NCBI GenBank assembly: GCA_037447605.1 | Contig: CM074806.1 | Span: forward strand, 372,001 to 436,000 | Length of the DNA stretch: 64,000 nt | Direction: 5' to 3' | From: Zygnema circumcarinatum SAG 698-1b | Lineage: Eukaryota; Plantae; Zygnematophyceae | Shown: piece after piece, positions 43,761 through 56,592 of the stretch | How the letters are laid out: every line of letters begins with the position of its first letter | Numbering within the stretch: position 1 is the first letter of the stretch | Program-made: the position numbers and the translations under genes | Notes under the pieces: model-generated | The model's database searches: none | The model's input: only the letters and a program-made list of their open reading frames with translations | Told to the model about the DNA's origin: nothing

Positions 43761-44478
43761 CAGGAATAGGAGAGGATGCTGTAAAACGAAATGTAAAGCG
43801 ATCAAGCGGCAAAACCGTTTCCGAATGTATTGCGTCCTCTGAATAAGAATGCAAACTGACTTTGAAAATCGAATTCTTTCTTGGCATCCCATTTTTACCT
43901 TAAAAAGTTGATCTTAAGCTTTGTCAAAATTTCCTCGTGGTTTCTGACATTTCATATGTAGCCGATTTGCCCGATTGTATCCGTATCACAAAAATCCAAG
44001 CGGAAAATCGCAGTTCCGTGTTCAAATATAACAATTTGAATAGTATCGCTGTGAGATGAACTGTTGCTTCAACAGCAAGAACGTGTACAAGCACAACTGT
44101 CAGCCTTAACTGAAGTCAGTTTACATGGAACCTCCTCTTCTGTTCCTACCCTGCCAACGAAACCCTAATTTTCCTTTTGTTCTTAACTGGCTCTCTTGGA
44201 GAGACCTGTCACCACATCGCTGAAAAAAATAAATTTCCCTACGGCTCAATACTGAAATAAAATTATTTTTGAAAGAAGTTTTTTCTTTTGCCATTTTCTT
44301 TTTTCTCTACGCCATTTTTCCGCGATAGCGACTTTCTACCTTTCGGGGGGGGGGGCGCTTTGAGACCTTGGAACTTTTTAGGGTTTTCGTGTTTTAGGGG
44401 GTTTTGAGGGTCTTTAGAGGGTTCAGAGGTTTTAGGGTTTTCGGGGTTCCTCTCCGAGTACGGCTCCTTTCAGCCGTC

Positions 44479-47400
44479 TCATCGAGTCTGTACTTTGTGA
44501 AATTCCTGGAAGAGATAAGCTCCTGGAAACAATGTCAGATAACATTGCTTTATCAAGAATGTCAAAAGAAATGGAAAGGTCTCCCTCTCGCTCTCTATCT
44601 CCCTCCCTCCCTCCCTCTTTCCCTCTCTCTCTCCCTCACTCAACCCCTCCCTGCCCCTCCCACCTCCACCCTTCCCCCTGCCCCTCTCCTCCATCTCCTC
44701 CCTCTACCCCCTCTACCCCCACTTCCCCCTCCTCCCCCCCCTCCCCTCCCTCCCCTCCTCTCTCCCTCTCCCTCTCGCTCCCTCTCTCTCTCCCTACAGT
44801 GCTGCCGCAACACATAGCACTGACCTGGTACATTTTCCGTGTCCGTATTACAAGACGGAACAGGGCCAGTGATCCGAGGCAGCAGATTCCGCACATGATC
44901 AAAAAAGTCGGTCGGAAACACTTGGCGCCCACGCACTTGTGGTGGCCATCCACGGCCAATCCCGCGGCGACAGCTGTCGCCACCTCAGCTGCCACCTGGC
45001 GGTCGTAGATGTAGCCGGCGAGCTTTACGGAGAGGCAGTACGATCCGAAGGTTGCGGAAATGCTAGGATTGGAAAAATAACGAGAAACGGCAGCGTTAGT
45101 CTCCCAAAAAAACCCAAAAAAAACCCAAAAAAGACAATCAAGTAGAATTGGAAACCAAAGTAGAAATAGATTTACCTGAGGGTGTTATAAAGGGCCCCAA
45201 AATGTCGCAGTCCAAAAAGCTCCGATGCGATGGCTACCATGAGAGTCCAATGGGCTCCATGGGCCATCCCCACAAGGGCGGACCCCAGATAGAGCAGCTG
45301 GGGAACTGAACACAGCCAACGGAAACAGAACGGAAAACGGAACGGAAATGGGAACGGGAACGGAGTTCCATGCGTTCACGTGCGCGTTTTGAGATCAAGC
45401 CCCTCTTTCACAACTCGGGGTTTCTCGGCTTACGGGTTTTGGGGGCTTTGTGTAGGGAAGGTGTGGAGGGGTTGGGTTTTTGAAGGGACGAAATGGATGT
45501 AACGGAGAGGCAGAGGGAGGGGAGGGAGAGGGAACGAGAGAGGTGATAAGAGAGAAACACAGAGAGGGGCGAGGGAAGTAAAGAGCGAGTGAAAAGGAGA
45601 GGGAGAGCCGAGGAGGGACACAGAACACGGTTGAGCAGGAAAGGGAGAGGGAAAGTGGGAGAGGGAGTGGGAGAGGAGTGGGAGAGGAAGAGGGAGAGGG
45701 AGAGGGGGAGAGTGGAGAGGGAGAGGAGAGGAAAAGGGAGAGGAAAACGGAGAGGGAGATGAAGAGGGAGAAGGAGAAGGAAAGAGAGCGAGAACGGCAG
45801 AGGGAGCGGGAGAGGGAGAAGGAGAGGGAGAGGGAGAGGGAGCGAGAGGGAGAGGGAGAGGGAGCGAGAAGGAGAGGGAGAGGGAGAGGGAGTGGAAGAT
45901 GGGCTGGAGGGAGTGTGTACCAGAAGAAGCAAAGAGCAGGTGAGCGAATCCCATAAGGATCTGCACTCCCAACATGAAGAGAGGTCTCGCCACTCCGTAC
46001 CGCTTCACATACACCTCCGAGATGTACCTGCAGGGGAGGTCTATCTAACAAACTTAAAATTCTGAAAGGGGAAGGGTAGGAAAATTAGGGTTTCCACAAA
46101 CCTTCAAGAATGCATGGTCTTTAGGACTTACATAGCAATTTAGGGAGGGGTTTCACCAATTGTCACTCTCCCCTCAATAACAACATGTGATTTTATTTCT
46201 ACGTTATCCCCTTCATAGGATTTGAATGGCATTTGGTGTTTTAAAAAAGAAAGCGAGAGAGAGAGAGAGAGAGAAAGGGGGAGAGACTGGCCGGCAAAGA
46301 GAGAGAAAGAGGAAGCGAAGGAGAGAGAAAAAAAAGGTTTTTGGGAGGTTTAGGGTTTAATTCCCTTACCCTGCTCCCATGCGGCCGAGAAAGTTCCAAA
46401 CGCTGACCAAAGACACGAATGCGCCGATGCTTTTGGAGCCGAGGGCTTCCGCCATCTGCGATCATGGAGTAAAAAATCAATAAACTACAAAACTTTTGGT
46501 ACACAGACATTAATGAAAAAGGAGCAATGATCAAATTAACAAAAAAACCATTCAATCCTTAAAGTTTAACCCTGACCTAGGGTTAGCGTTTTTTAGCATT
46601 TGACCAAAGCCCTAACCCTAAGATTAACCATAACCCTGAACCCTACAACAATCAAAACCCTAATTGGAGCTCACCTGTCCGAGATTGTTAATGGCAGTGA
46701 GTCCGGAACCCGTTCCACATCCCATGGCGAAAAAGAGCAGCCTGAAGCCCAACATCACCAAATGATGTAATGCCTGCAGCGATGCAATGCCTGCAGTGAT
46801 GTAATGCCTGCAGTGATGCAATGCCTGCAGTGATGTAATGCCTGCAGTGATGTAATGCCTGCAGTGATGCAATGCCTGCAGCGATGCAATGCCTGCAGTG
46901 ATGCAATGCCTGCAGTGATGTAATGCCTGCAGCGATGCAATGCCTGCAGTGATGCAATGCCTGCAGTGATGCAATGCCTGCAGTGATGCAATGCCTGCAG
47001 TGATGTAATGCCTGCAGTGATGTAATGCCTGCAGTGATGCAATGCCTGCAGTGATGTAATGCCTGCAGTGATGCAATGGCTGCAGTGATGCAATGCCTGC
47101 AGGGATGCAATGCCTGCAGGGATGTAATGCTTGCAGTGATGCAATGCCTGCAGTGATGTAATGCCTGCAGTGATGCAATGCCTGCAGTGATGCAATGCCT
47201 GCAGTGATGTAATGCCTGCAGTGATGTAATGCCTGCAGTGATGTAATGCCTGCAGTGATGCAATGCCTGCAGTGATGCAATGCCTGCAGCGATGCAATGC
47301 CTGCAGTGATGTAATGCCTGCAGTGATGCAATGCCTGCAGTGATGCAATGCCTGCAGTGATGCAATGCCTGCAGTGATGCAATGCCTGCAGTGATGCAAT

Positions 47401-50400
47401 GCCTGCAATGATGTAATGCCTGCAGTGATGCAATGCCTGCAGTGATGCAATGCCTGCAGTGATGTAATGCCTGCAGCGATGCAATGCCTGCAGTGATGCA
47501 ATGCTTGCAGTGATGTAATGCCTGCAGTGATGTAATGCCTGCAGTGATGCAATGCCTGCAGTGATGCAATGCCTGCAGTGATGCAATGCCTGCAGTGATG
47601 CAATGCCTGCAGTGATGTAATGCCTGCAGTGATGCAATGCCTGCAGCGATGCAATGCCTGCAGAGATGCAATGCCTGCAGTGATGCAATGCCTGCAGTGA
47701 TGCAATGCCTGCAGTGATGTAATGCCTGCAGCGATGCAATGCCTGATGCAATGTAATGCCTGCAGTGATGTAATGCCTGCAGTGATGCAATGCCTGCAGT
47801 GATGCAATGCCTGCAGATGATGCAATGCAATGCCTGCAGTGATGATGATGCAATGCCTGCAGCGATGCAATGCCTGCAGTGATGCAATGCCTGCAGAGAT
47901 GCAATGCCTCCAGTGATGCAATGCTTGCAGTGATGCAATGCCTGCAATGATGTAATGCCTGCAGCGATGCAATGCCTGCAGTGATGCAATGCCTGCAATG
48001 ATGTAATGCCTGCAGTGATGCAATGCCTGCAGTGATGCAATGCCTGCAGTGATGTAATGCCTGCAGTGATGCAATGCCTGCAGTGATGCAATGCCTGCAG
48101 ATGATGCCTCCAATGCAATGCTTGCAGTGATGCAATGCCTGCAGTGATGTAATGCCTGCAGCGATGCAATGCCTGCAGTGATGCAATGCCTGCAGTGATG
48201 TAATGCCTGCAGTGATGCAATGCCTGCAGTGATGCAATGCCTGCAGTGATGCAATGCCTGCAGTGATGCAATGCCTGCAGTGATGCAATGCCTGCAGTGA
48301 TGCAATGCCTGCAGCGATGCAATGCCTGCAGTGATGCAATGCTTGCAATGATGCAATGCCTGCAGCGATGCAATGCCTGCAGCGATGCAATGCCTGCAGC
48401 GATGCAATGCCTGCAGTGATGCAATGCCTGCAGAGATGCAATGCCTGCAGTGATGCAATGCCTGCAGTGATGCAATGCCTGCAGTGATGCAATGCCTGCA
48501 GTGATGTAATGCCTGCAGTGATGTAATGCCTGCAGTGATGTAATGCCTGCAGTGATGCAATGCCTGCAGTGATGCAATGCCTGCAATGATGCAATGCCTG
48601 CAGTGATGCAATGCCTGCAGTGATGCAATGCCTGCAGTGATGTAATGCCTGCAGCGATGCAATGCCTGCAGTGATGCAATGCCTGCAGTGATGCAATGCC
48701 TGCAGTGATGCAATGCTTGCAGTGATGCAATGCCTGCAGTGATGTAATGCCTCCAGCGATGCAATGCCTGCAGCGATGCAATGCCCCGTATGAAAGCCAA
48801 CATAGCATATGCGAAGCACCTTCCACGTGGCAGCCAACAAAAGCACACCATGCTACGTGCCACGCCAAGAACGCGCCAGGTGGCGGCTCACCAGTAGTCC
48901 TGCGTGGAGGCCGCCTGCATGAGCGTGTGGTCGGTGCCCAGCTTGGCCGGCCGCCCCTTCCCAGTGGGCGCCTCGGGCGGGGGAGAGGGTTTAGGGTTCA
49001 GGGCGGGCGAGGTCTCCGCGGTGGGCAGGGCGGCGTAGGAGGCCGAGCGCTGGGCCTGGGCCGTAGCTTGCCACTGCAGAGAGGGGGGGGAGGGAGGGAG
49101 GGAGGGAGGGAGGAGGGAGAAAGGGAGGAGGAATATGAAAAGTTAGGGTTTTAGGGTTAGGTTTCGTATGGGTATCAGGAGAAATGTGTGTTTGCGGGTG
49201 TCGTTGTTTTCCCTTTTTTTTATTTTTTATTTGTAGGTTTACTTTTAGATTGGTTTTGGAGGCTGACCGGAATGATGGCGGGGAGGAGGAGAATGGAGAG
49301 CATGATGATCATGAAGGTGAAGCTGGCGGGCTTGCCCAGCTTGAACAGCTCCTGCAATGGGAACGGAGAAAGCTTAGCAGCCGCTAAAACCCTAAGTAAT
49401 CTAAACCGCAAAGCATCGTAAAATCAACAACAAAGGAGCGCAGTCAGGCGAATATTTCAGAAAGGTTTTCTGACGTCATCATAAAAAATCAGGGCTAGTA
49501 GTTTTGAGACAGAAGCAGTTTCTCCAATAGAAGCATGACACGAATTAGGGGTAGGGTTAGGGTTAGGGTTAGGGTTAGGATTAGGGTTAGGGTTAGGATT
49601 AGAGTTAGGGTTAGGGTTGGGATTAGGGTTAGGGTTAGGATTAGGGTTAGGGTTAGGGTTGGGGTTAGGAATAGGGTTAGGATTAAGGTTAGGGTTCGGG
49701 TTAGGGTTAGGGTTAGGGTTAGGGTTAGGGTTAGGGTTAGGTTAGGGTTACGGTTAGGGTTATGGTTAGGGTTAGGGTTAGGATTAGGGTTAGGGTTAGG
49801 GTTAGGGTAGGGTTAGGATTAAGGTTAGGGTTCGGGTTAGGGTTAGGGTTAGGGTTACGTTAGGGTTACGGTTAGGGTTATGGTTAGGGTTAGGGTTAGG
49901 GTTAAGATAAAGATTAGGGTTAGCGTTAGGTTTAGGTTTGGGTTAGGGTTAGGGTTAGGGTTAGGGTCAAGATAAAGGTTAGAGTTAGCGTTAGGGTTAG
50001 GGTTAGGTTAGGGTTTGGTTAGGGTTAGCGTTAGGGTTAGGGTTAATTTAGGGTTAGGTTAAGGTTAGCGTTAGGGTTAGGGTTAGGTTAGGGTTAAGAT
50101 AAAGATTAGGGTTAGCGTTAGGTTTAGGTTTGGGTTAGGGTTAGGGTTAGGGTTAAGCTTAAGATTAGGGTTAGAGTTAGGGTTAGGGTTATGGTTAGGG
50201 TCAAGATAAAGGTTAGAGTTAGCGTTAGGGTTAGGGTTAGGTTAGGGTTAGGTTAGGGTTAGCGTTAGGGTTAGCGTTAATTTAGGGTTAGGTTAAGGTT
50301 AGCGTTAGGGTTAGGGTTAGGTTAGGGTTAGGGTTAGGGCTAGGGTTAGGGATAGGGATAGGGTTAGGATTAAGGTTAGGGTTCGGGTTAGGGTGAGGGT

Positions 50401-52576
50401 TGTGGTTAGGGTTCGGGTTACGGTTAGGGTTATGGTTAGGGTTAGGGTTAGTGTTAAGGTTAGGATTAGGGTTAGGATTAGGGTTAGGGCTAGGACTAGG
50501 GTTCGGGTTAAGCTGCCCCAGTACTCACCTGAAGCAGAATAACCGCCATGAGGTAAAATGCCAGGCCCACTCCCACCACCTGCACTCCCTCCCCTCAAAC
50601 GCATCACTCCTGTCTTCAAAAACCAACCATACCGCACCTTCTCAACCACTCTCTTCATATCCCAACCGACATTCACATCACATTACATCCCCCATCTTGG
50701 GTGTTGTTTGCGCGCTCACATATAGTAGGGAGAAGCGCGCGCGGTCCCTCTCGTCGGTGCGCGTACCCTGGTCGACGGGGCGGATGACGGCCATCGAGAG
50801 GAGGCACACGGCTACGGGCACCACCGCGCAGCAGAGGAGGAAGGGCCCCGTCTCCGGCGCGTACACCGCGGTGTACACCTGCCATGCATGGCATGGGTAT
50901 GGGTATGGCATCATGGCATGCATGGCATGGGTATGGGTATGGCATCATGGCATGCATGGCATGGGTATGGGTATGGCATCATGGCATGCATGGCATGGGT
51001 ATGGGTATGGCATCATGGCATGCATGGCATGGGTATGGGCATGGCATCATGGCATGCATGGCATGGGTATGGGCATGGCATCATGGCATGCATGGCATGG
51101 GTATGGGCATGGCATCATGGCATGCATGGCATGGGTATGGGTATGGCATGGCATGGGCTGGGATGGCATGGCATGGGATGGCATGGCATGCATGGCATGG
51201 GTATGGGCATGGCCTGGCATGGCATGCATGGGTCAGCCGGGCACATGCGCGATGCAGGCATGCATGGGGATGCGGGCATGGAGGGCGCAGGATTGGGCGC
51301 ATCACAGCATGGAAGGGATAGAAGGCGCAGAGGATGAAGAGTCTCTAGCAACAACAACATGAGCAACATGAGCTTCATGCGTTGACATGCGAACAACCCC
51401 TTCATGCTTTCAACAACAGTGGCCACGGTGTGAACACTCACTTGAGTGAAGATGGCTCCGCTGAGACCGATGAAGCCCTTCAGCAACCCTACGACCACGC
51501 CGCGGTCACCTTGAAAGTTTCGAATGCTGCCCAGCCAATCAACACAAGGCGAACCCGACTCAAACTTACACACCAACAATCAGAAATCTTACAACGAAAT
51601 TTCGTAATCAAGATTAATTCGAACCTTTCTTTCGTTTGTGATGTTCCATGTGTTCAGTTTTTCGGTGGGTTGGAACTGACCAGGTTACCAACACAGCCGT
51701 ATTAAACCACGTGGCTCCATTTGTTCCGATCATAATATACGCGCACATCTGTTAAAGAAAAAAAATGCAGAAATAATTCAAAGGTAAATTAGACCATACA
51801 AAAAAGGATCGTCGAAGGGGTATTTCTACCCAAGATATTAAAAAGGAAAGAAAAGGTTTTATTCTTGCACAATTTTGCAGCGTCTGGCAATTATTACTTA
51901 CTTGCCAAAAGGGCGGTTTGATGCTCCCAATGGAAGCCAAATATAGCTGCAGACCCACAAAAATATTTCAGACGTGGTTTAAAATTTCACGGAAAAAGAA
52001 TCGAAACTGTGTTAGATGCTGTCAACTCTCCAGACATGAACTCACCTGAAACGGTCGAAATAAGTTCTGAAATAGAATCTCAAATCGAATGAATGACATC
52101 TTCCAAACTCTACTGGTCAAAATAAGTTCTGAAATAGAATCTCAAATCGAATGAATGACATCTTCCAAACTCTACTGGTCAAAACCTTTTTGATGGGATA
52201 TGCAGTGAACAGTTCTAAATTATTTCCTCAGGTTCTAATACTATTTTCCGACTAGATAAGAAGTATATCTAGCTGAGAATATACGCTGAAGTCTACTTTG
52301 AGTTCATTAGCAGTTGATACAAGTTCAGGGTTGAGCGGCTGTTCAAGTCTCCATGTATATGGCCCACCCCTTGCGCACGAGACAGAGTGGGGGTGACGAG
52401 AGCGAAAGAGGGGGAGAGGGAGAGCGCGAAAGAAAGCACAAGGAGAGGAGAGAGGAAGAGAGAGAGAGGGGGGGAGACAGAGAGAGAGGGGGGGAGACAG
52501 AGAGAGAGGGAGAGAGAGGAAACCTGAGGCGTCAATTAACCCTAATTCGAGGGAGAAAGGGAAAGAGAGAGCGAGG

Positions 52577-52615
<39 letters not shown>

Positions 52616-52622
52616 CGAGAGC

Positions 52623-52653
<31 letters not shown>

Positions 52654-52949
52654 GTCCCCCCCACCATGGAGTAGCCGAAGAGGTGCATGGCGCCCCCCAC
52701 TAGCAGGATGGCCCAGGGCGGCAGCAGCTCTATGAGCAGTCCCGACACTATGCCCACGTTCCCGCCGATGTCCTTCGCCGTCCCCAGCCCGTCCGTGAGC
52801 TCCTGGTTCAGGCCGAGCCGCGCCTTCATGTCCGCGGAGTACAGCGAAAACGTGTACGAGATACCCCCGCACGCCTGCATCCACATGCCCGCCACCAGGC
52901 CCGCCCACCGCTCGCGGCCCACTGCTCGCAGCCGCTCCGCCAGGCCCAT
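44479..52949 (-). CDS. Nodulin-like / NFD4-type major facilitator superfamily transporter (~537 aa), 14 exons: 52949..52665, 51946..51902, 51748..51681, 51526..51442, 50878..50720, 50579..50529, 49351..49268, 49073..48892, 46741..46675, 46455..46370, 46027..45921, 45305..45176, 45062..44825, 44505..44479
   Basis: [123 protein letters not shown] and CVGAKCF. All 13 introns are GT-AG with consistent phases. Confidence 0.9.
46763..48785. repeat. 17-bp tandem satellite (TGCCTGCAGTGATGCAA)n, ~119 copies, in MFS intron 8
   Basis: Unit read directly; the array lies wholly between exons 49073..48892 and 46741..46675. Confidence 0.97.
49545..50510. repeat. Interstitial telomere-like (TTAGGG)n array, ~160 units, in MFS intron 6
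   Basis: Long perfect TTAGGG runs interspersed with TTAGGA, TTAGCG, TTACGG and TAAGAT variants, flanked by in-phase exons. Confidence 0.95.
50881..51235. repeat. (GGCAT/GGGTAT)n compound repeat in MFS intron 4
   Basis: A ~35-bp unit ATGGCATGCATGGCATGGGTATGGGTATGGCATC is repeated several times. Confidence 0.9.
52058..52182 (+). repeat. 62-bp tandem duplication in MFS intron 1
   Basis: AAATAAGTTCTGAAATAGAATCTCAAATCGAATGAATGACATCTTCCAAACTCTACTGGTC occurs twice, 62 bp apart. Confidence 0.9.
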
Positions 52950-54589
52950 GGCTGCTGGGAAGGAAGGGGAGAGGGAGGGAGGGAGGGAGGGAGGGAGGGA
53001 GGAGGGAGGGAGGGAGGGAGGGAGGGAGGGAGGGAGGGAGGGAGGAGGGAGGGAGGGAGGGAGGGAGGGAGGAGGAGGGAGGGAGGGAGAGGGAGAGGGA
53101 GGAATGGGGGGGGAGGTGGGGAGGGGAAGGGGGAGAGGGGGGGAAGGGGGGGGGGTGGGGGAGGAGGAGAGGGAGAGGGGGGGAGAAGGAAGAGAGGGAC
53201 CGAGGGCGGAGAGGAGGGGGAGAGGAAGGGTGAGGGAAGAAGGGAAAGAAAGGGGGGTTGGGAGGGGGGGAGAGAGGGGGTGAAGGGAGGAAAACGGTGG
53301 GGGAGCGGGGGCGCGAGGGGAAGGGGAAAGGGAGAATGGGAGAGGAAGGGAAGGGGGGGGGGGCAGCAAGAAGAACGGAGACAATGAGAGGGAGGAGAGT
53401 GACAGAGGAGGGGGAGGAAGGAGAGGTGGAAGGAGGGGGAAAGAGGGAACGGGGAAGGGGGGGGGAGGGGAAAGTCTAAAGGGTGGGCGAAGGGGAAGAA
53501 TTTGCGGAAGCAGGTGAGTGGAGGAGGGGGCGATGGGGGGAAAGAAGCAGCCAAGATCCGGACGGACTGCCAAACGGATCAGCTGTCGGATCTCATCACA
53601 GAAGCTCCCACAAGCCCCACTTTGAAATTCTAAACCCTAACCCTAAAAACCCCAATCCCCTCCAGAGCCCTGAATCCTGACCCACTCCCCCCTTCCTTCT
53701 TCCTCCTCCTCCTCCTCCTTCTCCTCCTCCTCCCTCGCAATGCGCGATCTAAAGACCCTCCTCGTCCTCTTCCTCCTCACTCTCTGCGAGTCCTTGGCCT
53801 ACTGCATCCCATGCCCCCATGCATGCATGGATCCGTCATGCCATGCCATACCATTCCATGCCCATACATGCCATCACTTCCCCCTCCGCCGCTCCTTTAC
53901 AAGGGGCCCAAAAACTCCCTGGGAGCCCTCCTCGTACGGAAGAAGCCCATTTCTGTACGGACTATCAGCAGAAGGTGCCCTAGAAGTGCAAAAGCCACGT
54001 GGCCTCTTATTACTGGCTGAAATCTCTAACGGTCGTACCGTACGGCAGCGAAGTCCTTGGAGGGTTAGCCGGAATGTGCGGAGCCAATCAAAAACAAGAT
54101 CTATCTGCATATGCGCCAAGTCAGGCCTATTCTCAATCAGTACGTAACTGTGGACATCAAATGCATGGGGATGGGTCTGTCCATGAAGTTGAGTCTGCGT
54201 TTGTGGGCTTCAACATCCTACATCCTACATGTCAGCATAGAAGCTAATTCAGGGGGATGGACCCGGTAGGTTGGAGCCAGTAGAGTGTTTCAAACTTGAA
54301 GACATTGACATGAAATTTGTTTCAAAGAAGTGCTCACTGCGCATGGCAGGTATCACCACTCGGCGGCGGACACCCCCGACAAGCTCGACCCGCGCGAGAT
54401 GGCGCGCTGCGCGGCAGCGGTGGCCATCATCGCGTACGCGGTACGATTTTTTGAGTATTTTTTCGCAATTTCGGGGCAGCCATTTCGTTGACATGGCAAC
54501 ATCCTGGTTTGCCACGTGTACTAATTTAACACGTGGCAATTTTTTATTGGTGTTGGACAGGGGACTCCCTCTCTCCCTCCCTCGCAGCC

Positions 54590-55254
54590 ATGGGCAACCG
54601 AGCCCTCCGCCTGCGAGGGAGCTCCGAGGAGAAGGAGGAGCCGCCATGGCTGCCCCACGCGCGGACTGCTCCCGCGGCCCTCGGCCGGGAGGGGTGGGAG
54701 GATGGCCGCCTGGCCATGGCGAGGAGGAGGAGGGTGAGGCCACGTGGCAGCATCAGGAGGAGGAGGCGGAGGAGAGCGGCGGCGGGTTCACGGAGCGCTA
54801 CATGCTGCAGGACTGCGTTCTGGGGAGCGGCGAGTTCGGGGTTGTACGGCCGTGCATGGACCGGCGGACGGGCGCCGTGTGGGCCTGCAAGACCGTCGAC
54901 TGCAAGAGGCGGGTCGGTACCCCCCCCCTACTCGGACCCACCCACCCCGCCATGGCGGGCCGTCCCAACAAAAACCCACAATTTGCCCAAAGCGCGAGCT
55001 GGGTCCTCCCTCTTTCGTGATCCTGAACCCTTTTTTGCGGCAATTTTTTTCAGGAGGCGGGCGAGCGGCTGCGGGCGGAGGTCCTAGCCATGGAGGCCCT
55101 GCCCCCGCACCGCCACATTGTGGGCCTCGCGTGAGTGAGGTAGGCGGGTGGCGCTGCGCATCTTCTGCTCGACCTCTGCGCGGGGGAGGACCTATTCGCG
55201 CTGGTCAAGCAGGGGGGGGGGCTGCACGGAGGACCAGGCCGCCTGGATCTTCAG
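54590..55254 (+). pseudogene. CDPK/CAMK-type kinase pseudogene fragment (subdomains I-V)
   Basis: LGSGEFGVV..C.DRRTG..WACKTV and EVLAMEALPPHRHIVGLA*VR*AGGAAHLLLDLCAGEDLF are colinear with CDPKs, but TGA at 55132 and TAG at 55141 interrupt the frame. The MGN start at 54590 is out of frame with the kinase, and no HRD/DFG exons were found downstream. Confidence 0.75.
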
Positions 55255-55256
55255 GT

Positions 55257-56592
<1,336 letters not shown>

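Noticed and set aside
46763-48785. Possible CRISPR-like array
   Set aside because: The units are contiguous with no unique spacers, there are no cas genes, and the context is eukaryotic.
46660-48868. Three ~700-aa minus-strand ORFs ([17 protein letters not shown] repeats)
   Set aside because: These translate the 17-bp satellite, which is stop-free in all three frames; the array lies inside an MFS intron.
49535-50510. True chromosome end or fusion point; RVRVRV/LGLGLG ORFs
   Set aside because: The array has a single orientation and in-phase exons of one gene on both sides; the ORFs are repeat translations.
53740-54147. ORF starting with signal-peptide-like MRDLKTLLVLFLLTLCESLA, head-to-head with the MFS gene
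   Set aside because: No convincing donor site, downstream exon or homology; it continues into a CCATG repeat. Left uncalled.
55131-55143. GTGAGT as an intron donor rescuing the CDPK frame
   Set aside because: The alignment to CDPKs is colinear across this point with no room for an intron or acceptor, so the stops are best read as disabling mutations.
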